The notes beneath the pieces are model-generated. The model saw only the letters and a program-made list of their open reading frames with translations, had not been told where the DNA came from and ran no database searches. A DNA stretch of 64,000 nucleotides, from positions 104,489 to 168,488 of the forward strand of contig MCFE01000109.1 in NCBI GenBank assembly GCA_002104905.1, in the 5' to 3' direction. This document shows, piece by piece, positions 60,650-64,000 of this stretch. The stretch's first letter is position 1. Each line of letters begins with the position of its first letter. A program made the position numbers and the translations under genes. The DNA is from Basidiobolus meristosporus CBS 931.73 (Eukaryota; Fungi; Basidiobolomycota).

Positions 60650-63600
60650 GGGTTAGGGGAGGGAAAGTCACCAAGTTGGTGAAATCTTTATTTGAGTTAA
60701 GAACTAATCTAAGTACAAATAAAGAAGCCAATTAAGAGGTCTAGAACCTCTCTAATAAGTAATCTAATATATGTTTTGTTTCATCTCTAATGCTTGTTTC
60801 AATAAAGTAAAGCTCATCAGGGGTAAATATAAAATTCAGGGGTTTTGGGGGAAGTACAAATTGTAGATGTTTCTGATCAATATAATCCAAGACTGGAACC
60901 CAGCCTGGGATTAGGTGTAGTAGGAAAGGTGTGTGGACTTGCAAGTAGCTCTGCCACATAGATCTTAGATGGTCCTGAGCCAGTAGTCTTGGTTTCTCAG
61001 CTTTTTGAAGTTTTGAAGCAAGCTCTGTTACTACAGCAGAGCCAACCAGGGTGTGCCAGCAAGAAGATTTCAGGGAGGAGTTAGATTGAAGCCATTGTTT
61101 GATGGAGGGGTTATGTGATTTCTGCAGTTTGACTAGGAAGGAAGCCTGGAGATAGATCATTCGGATTTGGTATGGGTAGAACCCAAAGACTCCATTAGTT
61201 GCATGGATATAGGGAGATACTGGAAGATAAGGTACCAAGGATCTGATACACTGATGGAGAAATTTAACCAGGCGGTGAAGTTCTCTGGAGGTTAGGGGTA
61301 TAATGTGGAGACCAAATTCAAGTACCGGCAGTACATACTGCTTCAGAAGTATAGGGATCTTTTGAATTGGAGTGTCTGGAGTGACTACTACCAGAAGCTT
61401 TTTGAGAGCCTGTTGGGCAAGACGGATCCTATTATTCAGGTGGAGCTTTGAGTCAATCCCATGTTGACAAAACGGCAGACCTAGATATATTGCAGTTTGT
61501 TGTGGCAGAATGCTAGTGTTCTGTATAGTTGTAGTGCATCCAATTGGGACTGTCTTGGAAATTGAGAGTGAGAGGTTGTTGGCAGCCAAGTACTTCTCAA
61601 TGATGGCAGTGTCTGCTATGGGATTAGGAGTAGCAATCTTGATATCATCCGCATAGAGAGTTAGTAGTGGATAGGGAGAGTCTGGTGAGGGGCCTTTTGG
61701 AAATAAAGGAAAGTCATGTAGGAATATCACAAATAGTAAGGGACCTAGTACAGATCCTTGGACTACTCCATTTGGAACCTCATAAGTCTCTGATGTACAA
61801 CTTGGATGCAAAATTTTGGCTGAGTTCTCACAAAATAGAGAACGTACAAGGAGGGTCATTGGTAGTGTGGTAACTGCTAATAGCTTTCTCCAAAGCAGAG
61901 CTCTGTCCACAGAGTCAAAGGCTTTAGTAATGTCAAACAGAATGGTTGGCAATGAGAATTGAAGTGAATGATCATGGCTTAGCACTACAGCCATATCCAA
62001 GGAGAGTTTGGGTAAGAAGCCAAACTGAGAAGGATGAATGGATATAGTTGAGATTGCAAGGATCTTGCTATCATAAGCTCAAAGATTTTCCGGCAGGTTG
62101 GTAGGAGTGAAACTGGCCAGTAAGAACCTGGGAGTGAGTGTTTCCCCTTCCCTTTGTATAAGGGTATTACATTTGCCTGTGCCCAGGCCTTTGGGGTAGT
62201 CAATTGTTGGGCACAGATAGAGTAGAATGGGAGAAGTAAGTGACTCATTTTGGAGTAGCACACCCGGAGTAGATTGTAGGTAATCAAGTCATGTCCAGGT
62301 GCAGTATTTGCAGGAAGCTTATTTAAAATTTTCTCCAGAAGCTTTGCTGAAACCAAAATTGGAGATGTTGGACTGCTGGATATGTTACCAGTATGGTAGA
62401 AAGGAGGAGTGGGATGCATGGTTGAATCAAAGAATATAGGGGCCAGTTTGTCTTGTGATGGTATACTCCTTGCTTGGGGTCTCATGGCTTTGTATACTCT
62501 TGATATGGACCTTGTGGTGGCATTCATATTTACTAAGGGCAAGGTATCCATGATATGAGCCCATAATCTAGTATGCTCAGTGATCTGTAGTGACTTGGAG
62601 TAGGAGATTGCGCTTTCCAGGAGGTTCTGTGTTTTTGGGTTAGGGAAACATAGGTAGCTGGAATTTAAGGCAGAAATGATGGATTTCCATTTAAGTTGGT
62701 TTGCAGATGGCTTTTGGTAGGACTTGGTGGGCAGGGCCAGACAGCCTGTGAATATGATGAAATGCTGGTAAAATAGCCATAATGCATTTATATCATCACA
62801 AATCCATGCAGGTAAGCTGGGAAATGCATATTCTGTAAGCAAGGATAGGTAATTGGCAAAGTCCTGTGTCTGTGATACTGAAGCTTTGGCTGGCAGGATT
62901 GTAAATGGCTGAAGAAGGGTGCCAATTGGTAGGGTTTTTCTGGCAGAAATGATAATATGTATTGGCTTGTGATCAGATTTCTCTAGTGAACCACAGCTGA
63001 TATCCTCTGGAATGCTTGTAACCTGGTGGATGTACTGTAAGGCAGCTGGGGTAGCTGTTACCCAGTCAACACAACGTTGAGCTTGCTGAGTGTTTACAGT
63101 GACCAGATGATTTTGTTGGAGGAACTTTGTAAAGTGCTCCTCTTGGGTTCTAAATCTGGATGAAATAGTGGTGATATTTTCAGGGTGGGGGATATTTATA
63201 TCTCCCACTATCATACAAGGGATTGATGAACTGTTGATGAATTCTGATGTGGCCAAGAAAATTGCCAGTGTTATGGAGTTAGACAGAGATGGAGGGAGAT
63301 AGATAATAATGGCTACTATAGTTGGAAGTGTTAGAGCATAGCAGTAATACTCATAGATGATGGATACATTTGCTGAGGGTGCAAGCTTAGAAGATGAAAG
63401 AGCAACAAGTGCCATTGAGTGAGCTGGAAATTTTGGGTGAGCAGATGAATATGTATTCAGTCTAGAGGGAAGTTTTGGCAACTTAACATCAATTAGTAGG
63501 AGCAAGGAATATTCCTTTTTCAGTAAGTTTTCTAATTCAGCTACAGTTGGAGTGATGGAGTTGCAATTGAGTAAGAGTATGTTCTGTACTCAGGCAGACT

Positions 63601-64000
63601 CTGAGGTTGCCTGTTCCTGCTGAAACTCTTGCACTGCCGTTTGTAAGTTTCCAAAATTATTCCACAACTCTTCAAATGGAGCTTGCGTAATGTCTTTCAG
63701 GATTCTAATTGCTTCCTCTTTCAAGAAGTAGGCCACATCATAGGTTGGAGCCTGTTTCTTAATGGCAGCAAAGAAAGCCATAATTGCCATGTGAGCTGGA
63801 GGCTTGTTGAATATTCCTGGCTCAGTGTCCATTGACTCTGGTGGAATGATTGTGAACTTGGTAGGCACCCAGCTTAGATTTTTTGCCAGATACTTGGTCA
63901 ATGCAGTGGAGAAGTTTCTGTCTACAATCATTTCTAGGATCTTTCCTCTTCTCCAAGCTAGGTTAACAATTTTTGAAGTGTCAATATTTAGAGAGCGGAA
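60650..64000 (-). mobile_element. LINE-like non-LTR retrotransposon (unit B): ORF1 3' part, APE endonuclease and RT; 5' end lies beyond the window
   Basis: APE motifs ILLLNCNSI, IYLPPS, IVGDIN, VDWV and SDH; RT motifs APGHDLI, QFGF, DITKAFDSV, QGSVLGPLLF and YADDI; a 1-nt frameshift at about 62040. Confidence 0.93.

Overview
Eukaryotic DNA, most likely from an early-diverging fungus; this is inferred from the RPS23 and Hsp70 sequences, short GT-AG introns and a CBM19-like module. The window has two kinds of compartment. CpG-depleted blocks of nested transposons lie at about 1-26.4 kb, 43.9-47.0 kb and 56.4-64 kb. CpG-retaining gene regions lie at about 26.5-43.8 kb and 47.5-56.3 kb. The first gene region holds a 5'-nucleotidase, RPS23, ATPase inhibitor IF1, a DYRK kinase, an Asp-rich secreted protein, a SAM methyltransferase, PAC4, a PAP2 phosphatase, PFK-2/FBPase-2 and an F-box/ankyrin protein. 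The second holds Hsp70, a collagen-like secreted protein, tRNA-Arg(TCG), tRNA-Thr(CGT) and U6 snRNA. Most notable observations: (1) a head-to-tail pair of non-LTR elements, one ORF1-only and one ORF1-TGA-ORF2, sharing a multi-part 3' signature that ends in CCCTAACCC; (2) a PHIS/Pangu-type DNA transposon family with ANT target duplications, present as two long copies, two 210-bp MITEs and two 730-bp foldback elements; (3) copy-to-copy evidence of CpG deamination; (4) a 322-bp structured tandem duplication abutting tRNA-Thr; (5) a U6 with extra hairpins; (6) a uricase fragment too short for the ORF track. No rRNA or CRISPR array was seen. All protein and family calls come from recalled motifs, not database searches. 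Exon boundaries and some element ends are approximate.
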